Source: Candidatus Sericytochromatia bacterium (GTDB lineage: Bacteria; Cyanobacteriota; Sericytochromatia; S15B-MN24; JAQBPE01). From it: a stretch of DNA of 64,000 nt. Of the stretch, positions 48,041-56,528 are shown piece after piece (position 1 is the stretch's first letter; each line of letters starts with the position of its first letter). Below the pieces are notes generated by a model that was not told the DNA's origin, did not search any database, and saw only the letters and a program-made list of their open reading frames with translations. A program made the translations under genes and the position numbers. The stretch is taken from the NCBI GenBank assembly GCA_036675505.1, contig JAKFEW010000058.1:7516-71515 (forward strand). Direction: 5' to 3'.

Positions 48041-48483
48041 GATTGGCCCTCCTCGGTCCGCTTCTTCGTCATCGTGATGCGGGTGCCTTGCGGGCCGCTC
48101 TCGATTTCGACGGCGTCCATCAGGCTCTCCATCATCATGAGCCCCCATCCCCGTTTGTAGTCGTCACCGCCCGTGACTTTCGCGCCGATTTCGGGCTTCG
48201 GCACGGTCTCGAGGTCGAACCCGGCGCCGAAGTCCTGGATCACGACGAGCAGCTCGTCCGCCTGCATGACGAACTTGATGTAAACGTGGCCGTCTTTGCT
48301 GGCGCTGTGCTCGAAGGCGTTGATGCAGGCCTCGATCAGCGCATGCTTGACCTCGTCGATCTGATCCGGAGTGAAGGCCATGAAGCGCAGCACCGCCTCG
48401 GCCGTCTGCGTCGCCGCGACCTCCATGTCCGGAATGATCGGGATCGTCAGGCTGACTTCCTTGGGCTGGTCGGTCTGCTGCAC
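48037..48483 (-). CDS. Anti-sigma regulatory factor, Ser/Thr protein kinase (RsbW/SpoIIAB-like HATPase_c)
   Basis: GTG at 48483 with AGGAGGG 8 nt upstream. HALIEACINAFEHSA…VIQDFGAGFD…GWGLMMMESLMD. Confidence 0.7.
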   Translation of the reverse strand: MQQTDQPKEVSLTIPIIPDMEVAATQTAEAVLRFMAFTPDQIDEVKHALIEACINAFEHSASKDGHVYIKFVMQADELLVVIQDFGAGFDLETVPKPEIGAKVTGGDDYKRGWGLMMMESLMDAVEIESGPQGTRITMTKKRTEEGQS

Positions 48484-48501
48484 GCGGCGCCCTCCTGCGG
48501 G

Positions 48502-49359
48502 CTATTCTACCCGCACGAGCCGCGTATAGATCTTCTGACCGAGCAGCGACTCCTGTCCGCCCCCACGCCAGAACTTGTTGACGACCAGCACGTGCGCGTA
48601 GGTGCCAGCCTTCATGGGTGAGCGCAGCTCCGCGTCCAGGCCGCCCGCGGGGAACGGCACGAACTTGAGCGCGCGGAAGACGTCCTCGGCGCCGGACTTC
48701 GCGATCACGGTCGCGAGCGGGACGGCCGCGTACGCGTAGGAAACTCCCACACCAGGCACGCCGTTCTCGCCGACGTAGAGGCGCATCCGGTAAGGCTGGT
48801 CGGCACCGAGCAGCACGGGCAGCGTCGTGAAGCCCATGACGCCGAACTGGCGGCCGATGTCGATGAAGCTGTCGTTCCAGGCGACTTGCAGCGTGTCGGT
48901 GCGCCAGCCCTCGCCCGTAAGCTTGTAGAACGCGGTCACCTCGCCGGCCTCGCGGTAGGTCGCGCCGAGGCCCGAGCCGTCGTAGCTGCTGGTCGAGCCC
49001 GTGAACTCGGCCACCGTGGTCACGTTGGCTTCGGCATCGCCCATCGGCGCGATGCGCGTGGATTTGTAGGCCATCTTGAGGTTCGGGAAGCTCTGCTTGA
49101 GCTCCTGGTTGATCTCGACCAGGCGCGTGCGGTCCACCGTGATGCCGTTGTACGCGAGGCGCATGCCGAAGTCGTGGAGGTAGCCCGGGAAATCGCCGCG
49201 GTTGAAGGCGGTCAGGCTCGTTTCCAGGTTTGCGCGCAACGCGCCCTCAACGGGGCCAGGAGTGGCTGCGGGGGCGCCCTGCGCGAGGGCGGCGCCCGCC
49301 GGGACACAGGCGAGCGAAAGGACCGCGAGGACGGCGGCGAAGAGGCGGCGATTCGGCAT
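48502..49359 (-). CDS. Secreted hypothetical protein (signal peptide)
   Basis: ATG at 49359 with AGGGGA upstream. MPNRRLFAAVLAVLSLACVPAGAALAQG. Confidence 0.55.
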   Translation of the reverse strand: MPNRRLFAAVLAVLSLACVPAGAALAQGAPAATPGPVEGALRANLETSLTAFNRGDFPGYLHDFGMRLAYNGITVDRTRLVEINQELKQSFPNLKMAYKSTRIAPMGDAEANVTTVAEFTGSTSSYDGSGLGATYREAGEVTAFYKLTGEGWRTDTLQVAWNDSFIDIGRQFGVMGFTTLPVLLGADQPYRMRLYVGENGVPGVGVSYAYAAVPLATVIAKSGAEDVFRALKFVPFPAGGLDAELRSPMKAGTYAHVLVVNKFWRGGGQESLLGQKIYTRLVRVE

Positions 49360-49405
49360 TATGAGCTCCCCTGCTGGGTTGACGTGTACGTTTCGGGTGA
49401 ACGGG

Positions 49406-51637
49406 CTATCGGACGGTGAATTCCAGGCGGCAGCGCCAGGTGGCGCTTTCCCCGAGCGCCAGGCGCCAGTTCGGCACCAGCACGGAGCTCTGGTATACGC
49501 GCTCGAAGCCGCCCTCCGAGCGGGAAACTGTTTCGACCGGGAAGCGCCACAGGGTGCCCGTGACGCCCCACGCGAGGTGGACGTCGATGCCCAGCGCCTC
49601 GTCGCGCACGCCGATCTCCTTGATGTGCTCCTCCTCGGCCATCGAGGCCGGGTGGGAGGGCTCGATGTGGCGGCCGGTGGCGCTGTAGAAGGAGCCCTGG
49701 CCTGTGCCCGAGCGCAAATTCAGGTTGAACTCGACGCCGAACCACAGGTCCACCGGGCGGTCCCAGAGGTTGGTCAGCTCATAGTCGACCACGTAGCCGG
49801 CGCCGCTGCGTGGCACCCGCACGGCCTTGCGCACGCGCACCGGCCAGAACTCGGGCCCGACCCACACGTGGCCGTCACGCGCGAGCTCGATCACCACCCC
49901 GTCCTCGTCCTCGCGCGTCACGAGGTCGTAAGGCTGGTTGATGAAATCGCCCTGCTCGCCGTAGCTCATGTTGTGGAGCGTCTCGAGGCGGGTGTCCGGA
50001 TGCAGGAAGTGGTCGAGCAGCGAAAGGCGGCGGTACCAGTCGTAATGCAGGAACCGCTCGAGGCCGCTCTCCTTCACGATCGCGCGCTCGCCGAGCGCGG
50101 TGGGCGGCTCGTTCGCGACCTCGCGCGCCGGGATCGCCCGTGCGATCTTGGCGTGGTACGCCTCGGGGCGGCGCGCCAGCGTATCGATCAGGTTGAAGCG
50201 CGGGCCCTTGAGGTCATGCTCGAAGAGCGCGCCGCCATAAGTCGGCGTGAGGTAGACGTTTTGGGCGCGCGTCGAGATCAGCGCCTCGACAGCGCCGTCG
50301 CGATCGAAATCGACGATTTCGAGCTCGCAGAACTCCCCGTCGCCGTGCCGGATCCGATCGGTCAGGGCCTCGGCCTGGAGCAGCGCCGCGTAGTTCGCGC
50401 CGCGCAGGTGGTTGAGGTAGATGCCGCCGAAGACCCCGTGCCAGTAGGGATCGTTGCCCTGGCCGCGCCACAGCGCGTCGCGGGCCTCCTCGAGCCGGTC
50501 AGCCGGGGCCTCCAGCGTCGCCCCGCCGCCATCGCCGGCACGCACCGGCACGCCGGCGGGGACCCCTATCCGCTGCGGCGCAGCGGCCCCACCGTTAAGG
50601 ACGATCAGCGACGCGGCCTTCACCTGGGCGGCCACGCGCAGCATCTTCTTGTGGAGGTTGTTGGCCTCGGGATACTTCACGAGGAAATGCCGCCAGTAGC
50701 CGCCGCGCAAGAAGTCCGCGTAGCGCGGATCGACCGTCGTGCGGGCCTCTTCGAAGAGCACCGCCTGGTCGGGCGGCAGGGCCCACTCCTGCATCTCCGG
50801 ATAGGATCCCGAAGGTAGGTAGATGCGGCCCCAGGGGCGGTACTTGGCGCGGTAGTCGTCGATGGTGACGGTCGCGATCCAGTCGTGGTTGGCCTCGAGC
50901 AGCTGGAAGAAGCGCTCGAGCCAGCCGCCGATGTAGACGGCCTGGTACGTGTTCGGCCAGCCGCCGAACTTGGCGCCGTCGTCGAAGAAGAGCGCGAGGC
51001 GCGCGCCGTCCGGCGTGGCCTGTTGCCTGAGCCATTCGATCACGCGCTCGGGCGGCTGGAAGGGGATCATGGCGCGCAGCTCGCGCGCGATCGGGAACAT
51101 GGCGAGGATCTCGCCCTGCTCCTCGGTGGCGTAGTAGCCGAGCAACTCGTCATCGCGCAGCCCGGTCGCCTTGAACGGGGTGTCGTCCAGCACGGCGTAC
51201 TTGATGCCGGCCTCGGCGATCGCCCGCGCCAGGTGCGGCTCCCAGACGCGCCCGGCCAGCGACATCCCGACCGGCTCGTAGCCCGTCAGCTGCCGGACGG
51301 TCTCGGAAAGCCGGCGGATCTGGCCGACCTTGTCGTCGTCCGGGATGAGCGCGAGCATCGGCTCGTAGAAGCCGCCCGACAGGAGCTCGAGCTGGCCGCG
51401 CGCCACGAGCAGCCGCAGCCGCTTGAGGAACTCGGGGTGGTTCGCCGCCAGCCAGGTGAGCAGGTGCCCGTCGTAGTGGAGCGTCAGGCGGATCGCCGGG
51501 TGGCGCTCCAGCACGTCGATGAAGGGCAGGTACGAGTGCTGGTACGCGTCCTCGATGACATGGTCCCAGTTGCCAACGGGCTGGTGGTTGTGCAAGCCCA
51601 GCGCCAGGTGGATCTTGTCATGATCGGCAAGCAGCAT
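49406..51637 (-). CDS. Glycoside hydrolase family 57 enzyme (4-alpha-glucanotransferase / alpha-amylase-like)
   Basis: N-terminal GLHNHQPVGN GH57 signature. 743 aa. Confidence 0.7.
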   Translation of the reverse strand: MLLADHDKIHLALGLHNHQPVGNWDHVIEDAYQHSYLPFIDVLERHPAIRLTLHYDGHLLTWLAANHPEFLKRLRLLVARGQLELLSGGFYEPMLALIPDDDKVGQIRRLSETVRQLTGYEPVGMSLAGRVWEPHLARAIAEAGIKYAVLDDTPFKATGLRDDELLGYYATEEQGEILAMFPIARELRAMIPFQPPERVIEWLRQQATPDGARLALFFDDGAKFGGWPNTYQAVYIGGWLERFFQLLEANHDWIATVTIDDYRAKYRPWGRIYLPSGSYPEMQEWALPPDQAVLFEEARTTVDPRYADFLRGGYWRHFLVKYPEANNLHKKMLRVAAQVKAASLIVLNGGAAAPQRIGVPAGVPVRAGDGGGATLEAPADRLEEARDALWRGQGNDPYWHGVFGGIYLNHLRGANYAALLQAEALTDRIRHGDGEFCELEIVDFDRDGAVEALISTRAQNVYLTPTYGGALFEHDLKGPRFNLIDTLARRPEAYHAKIARAIPAREVANEPPTALGERAIVKESGLERFLHYDWYRRLSLLDHFLHPDTRLETLHNMSYGEQGDFINQPYDLVTREDEDGVVIELARDGHVWVGPEFWPVRVRKAVRVPRSGAGYVVDYELTNLWDRPVDLWFGVEFNLNLRSGTGQGSFYSATGRHIEPSHPASMAEEEHIKEIGVRDEALGIDVHLAWGVTGTLWRFPVETVSRSEGGFERVYQSSVLVPNWRLALGESATWRCRLEFTVR

Positions 51638-51684
51638 CGATCGGCCTCGAAGGGGGGGACGAGGCCAACACTATACCACAGCCG

Positions 51685-53733
51685 CTAGTTGGTGGCGCCG
51701 ACGCGCTCCTGGCGGTTCGCGAAGACCCTGTAATCGATGTCCGGGAAGAGGTTGTCGATGCCTTCGATTTCCGCGACCTGGGCTTCTTCCACGGAGCCGG
51801 CCATCAGGGCGTCGGCGATCGCGTCGAAGCGCTCCACGTGCTCGTTGAAGCGATCGGTGGCGTAGACCCTGGCCTGGCCGGTCGTGACCAGGAACGGCCA
51901 GTCGCTGCCTTCGAGCAACAAGAGCTCACGGGCCGCCTGGGCCAGCGCACGCCCCTCGAGCGGCGAGTCGGGCTTGGGGAAGCGCTTCACGAGCTCTTCC
52001 ATGCGGGTCTCGCAGCGGTGGATGATCGGCCACATCCACTCGACCTGGGGGTTCATCCAGACGTGGTAGTGGCCGCCGGCGCCCCAGGTGCTCTCGGGCA
52101 GCTGGTACGCATGGGTCGGGGGCTTCTGGTGGTGCAGCTCGGAGACCGTCAGGCGACGAACGCCGCTGCCCTTCGCCATCTTGCGCACGACCTGCTTGAT
52201 CCACTCGATGCCCTCGAACCACCAGTGGCCGAAGAGCTCCGTGTCGAAGGGGACCACCACGTGGCCTTCTTCGCCGTTAGCGTCCTGGTAGCCCTTGAGC
52301 ATGTCGTGGATCAGCGACACGTAGTGGTCGCTGTTCTCGCCGATGCGCTGGAGCGCCATCTGCGGGTTGTAGAAATCCTTGTCGGCGAGGTCGCAGTTCG
52401 GCCCGGTCACGCGCCAGTAGGGCATGCCGCTGTTGCCGTCCTTCTTGTGGAACTCGCGGTACCACGGGTCGCCCGGGTAGCCCATGTCGGCCGACCAGAC
52501 CTGCCAGCCGGCGCGCTCGTTGCGTGCGTAGACCGCGACGGGGTTCTCGGGCAGCCAGTAGCCGTGGAAGGTGTCGAGGCCCGAGAGCGGCCGCTCGGGC
52601 ATCTCGACGTACTCGATGTTGCCGTACAGGCCGATGTGGCGCCGGTAGCCCGAGGTCTTGCCGCCGACCACGGCGTGCGCGTCGGTGAAGAAGTACTCGA
52701 GCCCGTTTTCCCGCAGGAACTGATCGACCGGCGGCCGTTTCTCGGTTTCCGTCTCGACGCCGGGCCGGTAGGCGCACTCGGGCAGCCAAACGCCCTTGGG
52801 CTCCCGGCCGAAGTGGCGCTTGTAGGACTCGACGCCCACCTTGAACTGGGCGTTCAGCGACGAGTCGCGGCTGAGCAGCGGGCTGAAGCCGTGGGTGGCG
52901 GCGCAGGTGATGATCTCGATGGCGCCCTCGTCCTGCAGGCGGCGGAACGCGCCAAGCACGTCGCGGCCATAGGTCTGCTGGAAGTCTTTCAGGCGGGCCT
53001 GGTGCCAGTCGAGGTACCACACCGACAGCTCGCGGCGCGGGTCGGGCTTCTCGGGGGCGACCACGGGCTCTTCGGGGATGTCGGCGATCGTGGGCTCGGG
53101 GTCGTTGGGGTCCAGTGCAACCAGCTGGTCCGCCGCGTCTTCGGTGATCGCCCCGGCCCGGGCCTCGGCCTCGGCGATCGCCTGGTCCATGCCGGCGACG
53201 AGCACCACGCCCGGCACCGCGGCCGCCACGTCGGGCTCCGCCTCGGGCATCGGCGGCACCTGCGCGGGGCGCGCGGCGGCGTGCGTGGCGACGAGATCCG
53301 GCGAGTCCGGCTCGGCCTCGGGCATGAGCGGCACGGGGGCCTTGGCCACCTGGCGCTCGGCCCACGCGGCGCGGGCCGCCTCGAGCTTCGCGGTGCGGCG
53401 CTCGCCGGCCGTCCAGGCGGCGGCCTCGAGCTCACCTTCCGGCGAATAGCGGTGTACGTCCTTCTCGAGGCGCTCGACGATGTCCGCGATGTATTGCTCG
53501 AAGCCGCGCTTGAGGTGCTCGTCGGCGAGCTGCTCGGCGAGCACGGGCGTGATGCCGATCGTCAGCTTGGGCGCGATGCCCTCCTCGCGCAGCTCGTACA
53601 GCGCGTTGAGCAGCGGTACATAGGTCTCCGCGATCGCCTCGAACAGATTCTCCTCGCCGAATGGCCACATACCGGCCTTGCGGTAGTAGGGGAGGTGGCT
53701 GTGCAGGACCAGGGAGAAAGTGCCGACGGGCAT
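51685..53733 (-). CDS. Glycoside hydrolase family 57 1,4-alpha-glucan branching-enzyme-like protein with an internal Pro/Glu/Ala-rich duplicated insert
   Basis: LHSHLPYYRKAGMWPFGEE GH57 signature. Insert aa ~125-245 carries PVPLMPEAEPD…PPMPEAEPD repeats. Confidence 0.7.
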   Translation of the reverse strand: MPVGTFSLVLHSHLPYYRKAGMWPFGEENLFEAIAETYVPLLNALYELREEGIAPKLTIGITPVLAEQLADEHLKRGFEQYIADIVERLEKDVHRYSPEGELEAAAWTAGERRTAKLEAARAAWAERQVAKAPVPLMPEAEPDSPDLVATHAAARPAQVPPMPEAEPDVAAAVPGVVLVAGMDQAIAEAEARAGAITEDAADQLVALDPNDPEPTIADIPEEPVVAPEKPDPRRELSVWYLDWHQARLKDFQQTYGRDVLGAFRRLQDEGAIEIITCAATHGFSPLLSRDSSLNAQFKVGVESYKRHFGREPKGVWLPECAYRPGVETETEKRPPVDQFLRENGLEYFFTDAHAVVGGKTSGYRRHIGLYGNIEYVEMPERPLSGLDTFHGYWLPENPVAVYARNERAGWQVWSADMGYPGDPWYREFHKKDGNSGMPYWRVTGPNCDLADKDFYNPQMALQRIGENSDHYVSLIHDMLKGYQDANGEEGHVVVPFDTELFGHWWFEGIEWIKQVVRKMAKGSGVRRLTVSELHHQKPPTHAYQLPESTWGAGGHYHVWMNPQVEWMWPIIHRCETRMEELVKRFPKPDSPLEGRALAQAARELLLLEGSDWPFLVTTGQARVYATDRFNEHVERFDAIADALMAGSVEEAQVAEIEGIDNLFPDIDYRVFANRQERVGATN

Positions 53734-53786
53734 GGAAGCTCCTTGTTGAAATATGAAATCTAGATTAAATGTATCATGTCAAATGA

Positions 53787-55037
53787 CTAAGTGCCAGGCG
53801 AACGGGCTGTTAGCAGGCGGCGGCGCAGGAGATCGAGCGCCGCCTGGGTGGCCCGCTGCTTCACGACCTCGCGCGGGAAGCCGCCGAAGCGCCATTCCTG
53901 CGCATCCGCGCCGCCCGGCCCGTCGACCGCGACCCACACCCGGCCCTCGTCGTCGGCGGGCAGGCCCGGCGCGGCGCCGGCCCAGCCGGTGACGCCCACG
54001 CCCCAGTCGGCGCCGAGCATCGCCCGGACGCGCGTGGCCAGGGCGAGCGCCACCGCCTCGCTCACCACGCCCTGCTCGGCGACGACGGCCGCATCGACGC
54101 CCAGCACGTCGGTCTTGACCGGCGTCATGTAGGCCACGAGCGCGCCGCGCACGTACTGGCTGCTGCCCGCGACGTCGGTCAGCCGGCTGGTGAGCAGGCC
54201 GCCTGTGCAGGACTCGCCGGCCGCGACCGTCTGGCCGCTGGCGATGAGCAGGCCGCCGACCGCCGCGGGCAGCGTGACGTCGTCCTCGCCGTAGTAATAG
54301 GGGGCGATCGCCCGCAGCCGCGCGAGCACGGGCGCCATCATCGCCTCGGCCGCGACCTTCGACGCGGCGCGGGCCGTCACGCGCAGGTGCACCTCGGCGT
54401 CGCCGGCGTAGGGCGCGACGGAAGGGTTGACGCCCTCGAGCAGGTCCGCGACCTGGTCGGCGAGCTGGGCCTCGCCGATGCCGACATAGCGCAGCAGCAC
54501 CGAATGGATCGTGCCGCCGCCGCCGGCCTCCATCAACTGGGGCCTCGCCCAGGTCGCCCACATCTCCTTGAGCTCCATCGGCACTCCCGGGAAGCTCATG
54601 ATCCAGGCGCGGTCGTGACGCGCCGAGAGCCCGAAGGCCGTGCCGGCCGGGTTGCGGATCAGGTCCGCCGACGGCGGGAAGAGCGCCATCTTGTAGTTCG
54701 AGGCCACGAGCGGGCGCCGGCGCATGGCGAAGACGCGCTCGATGTGGTCGCGGACCTCCTGGCGCTCGGCGAGCGGCTCGCCCATCAGGCGGGCGATCGC
54801 CTCGATCGTGATGTCGTCCGCCGTCGGCCCGAGGCCGCCGGTGGTGACCACCAGATCCGCGCGGGCGCAGGCCCGGCCGAGCGCGTCGGCCAGGCGATCC
54901 CAGTTGTCGCCGACGGTCGTGACCCACAGGACCGAGATGCCGAGGGCGGCCAACTCCCGCGCGATCCAGGTCGCGTTCGAATTGACCGTCTGCCCGATCA
55001 GCAGCTCCGTCCCGATGCAGAGGATTTCCGCCTGCAT
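53787..55037 (-). CDS. cinA: CinA-family protein (competence/damage-inducible; MoCF-like N-terminal domain plus C-terminal NMN deamidase-like domain)
   Basis: 416 aa from ATG at 55037 (AGGGG upstream). MQAEILCIGTELLIGQTVNSNATWIAREL. C-terminal AGESCTGGLLTSRLTDVAGSS. The longer ORF-track extension is an artefact. Confidence 0.8.
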   Translation of the reverse strand: MQAEILCIGTELLIGQTVNSNATWIARELAALGISVLWVTTVGDNWDRLADALGRACARADLVVTTGGLGPTADDITIEAIARLMGEPLAERQEVRDHIERVFAMRRRPLVASNYKMALFPPSADLIRNPAGTAFGLSARHDRAWIMSFPGVPMELKEMWATWARPQLMEAGGGGTIHSVLLRYVGIGEAQLADQVADLLEGVNPSVAPYAGDAEVHLRVTARAASKVAAEAMMAPVLARLRAIAPYYYGEDDVTLPAAVGGLLIASGQTVAAGESCTGGLLTSRLTDVAGSSQYVRGALVAYMTPVKTDVLGVDAAVVAEQGVVSEAVALALATRVRAMLGADWGVGVTGWAGAAPGLPADDEGRVWVAVDGPGGADAQEWRFGGFPREVVKQRATQAALDLLRRRLLTARSPGT

Positions 55038-55042
55038 GACCC

Positions 55043-55705
55043 CTAGATCACGGTGCCGAAGGCCCGGTCGCCCGCGTCGCCAAGGCCCGGCACGATGTAG
55101 CCGAGCTCGTTGAGGTGCGAGTCCACCGACACGCAGTAGATCGGCACCTCCGGGTACTGGCGATGAACGTTCGCCACGCCTTCCGGCGCCGCGATCAGGC
55201 AAAGGAACTTGATCCGCTTGGCGCCGCGCTTCTTGAAGGCCGCGATCGTGGCGGTGGCGGAGCCGCCGGTGGCGAGCATCGGGTCGAGGATCAGCACGGT
55301 GGCGTCCTCGCGGATCTGCCCCGGCAGCTTGAGGTAGTACTCGACAGGCTGCAGCGTTTCCTCGTTGCGGTAGAGGCCGATGTGGCGCACCTGCGCCTCG
55401 GGCAGCAGCTCGGTGGCGGATTCCATCATGGCGAGGCCGGCGCGCAGGATCGGCGCGACGATGAGCGGCCGATCGCCGAAGGTATGGCCCTTCGTCACCT
55501 CGAGCGGCGTGGGCACGTCCACGACGTCGGTCTCGAGATCCCGCGTGGCCTCGTAGATCAGGAACTTCGCGAGCTCGCGCACGCGGTTGCGGAAGCGCGG
55601 GGTCGGCGTGTCCTTGTGGCGCAGCTCGGCGAGCGCCGTGCACACCAGGGGATGGTACAGCTGGACGACGGTGCCGGTAGCGGTCGACTGGGGCGAACTG
55701 GACAT
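55043..55705 (-). CDS. upp: Uracil phosphoribosyltransferase
   Basis: ATG at 55705 with AGGAGG 8 nt upstream. PILRAGLAMMES…LILDPMLATGGSATATI…YIVPGLGDAGDRAFGT. Confidence 0.85.
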   Translation of the reverse strand: MSSSPQSTATGTVVQLYHPLVCTALAELRHKDTPTPRFRNRVRELAKFLIYEATRDLETDVVDVPTPLEVTKGHTFGDRPLIVAPILRAGLAMMESATELLPEAQVRHIGLYRNEETLQPVEYYLKLPGQIREDATVLILDPMLATGGSATATIAAFKKRGAKRIKFLCLIAAPEGVANVHRQYPEVPIYCVSVDSHLNELGYIVPGLGDAGDRAFGTVI

Positions 55706-55792
55706 GGGGCGAACCTCCTGATCGGCCGCCATGATGCCCGCTCGCACTTCGCTTGTCCAGCCACGCTCCGACCAACCCCCGCGCCGGGCGGA

Positions 55793-56413
55793 TCAGTCGC
55801 CCGCGTTCGCCGCCTCGACGACGCGGCAGAGCACCTCGACGGGCCTGGTGGCCGCTCCCACGAGCACCTTGCCGCTCTCGGCGTGGATCAGCACCTCGGC
55901 GTCGTCGGCCTTGATGCCCCATAGCGGCGGCGCGAGCCGCGCGCGACCGAGCGCGAGCAGCGCGATGGGCTTGCCGTGATCGGCCGGCAACTGGGCCTTG
56001 GCGATCGCCAGCGCGCGCTTCGCATCGACGGGCCAGCGCTCGATCTCGGCGAAGGCCTTGGCCGCCAGCGCGAGCTTGCGGTCCGCGATCACGCGCGGCT
56101 TCTGCCACCAGGTGGTCAGCTTGGTCTCGATCACGCACAGCTCGTCCGCCTTGCCGCCGCGGAAGACGTGGAACACGACGCTCGACAGCTCGAGCTTAGG
56201 CACGGCCCAGACCACGCCGATGAGCGTCGCGCCGGCGCGCCACTCCTGAGCCTTGCGGCGGGCTTTCTCCTCGGCCTGCTCGGGCGCCAGGCGGGCGCTG
56301 GCGAGCCCGGGCGTAGGCACGCGCGCGACATCGGGCGATGGCGTGGCGCGGCCACATCCGGCCAGGACGGCGCCCGCCAGCATCACCAGGCCCCATCGAT
56401 CGATCGTGCGCAT
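55793..56413 (-). CDS. Lipoprotein, hypothetical
   Basis: ATG at 56413 with GGAGGG 6 nt upstream. Lipobox LAGCG. Confidence 0.5.
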   Translation of the reverse strand: MRTIDRWGLVMLAGAVLAGCGRATPSPDVARVPTPGLASARLAPEQAEEKARRKAQEWRAGATLIGVVWAVPKLELSSVVFHVFRGGKADELCVIETKLTTWWQKPRVIADRKLALAAKAFAEIERWPVDAKRALAIAKAQLPADHGKPIALLALGRARLAPPLWGIKADDAEVLIHAESGKVLVGAATRPVEVLCRVVEAANAGD

Positions 56414-56528
56414 GTTATCCCTCCAACTACCAACCCATAACCTCACCTTAACACTATCGGGCGCTCGCTGGCTAGCCCCTACCGGGCGGGTATGACGCGC
56501 TCGGCAGATTTGGAAGGCCGGAGGTCAG

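Noticed and set aside
53787-56138. Single 783-aa minus ORF
   Set aside because: Only the C-terminal 416 aa (cinA, ATG at 55037 with RBS) are coding. The upstream extension overlaps upp, which is in another frame with a strong SD. It is a GC-driven read-through.
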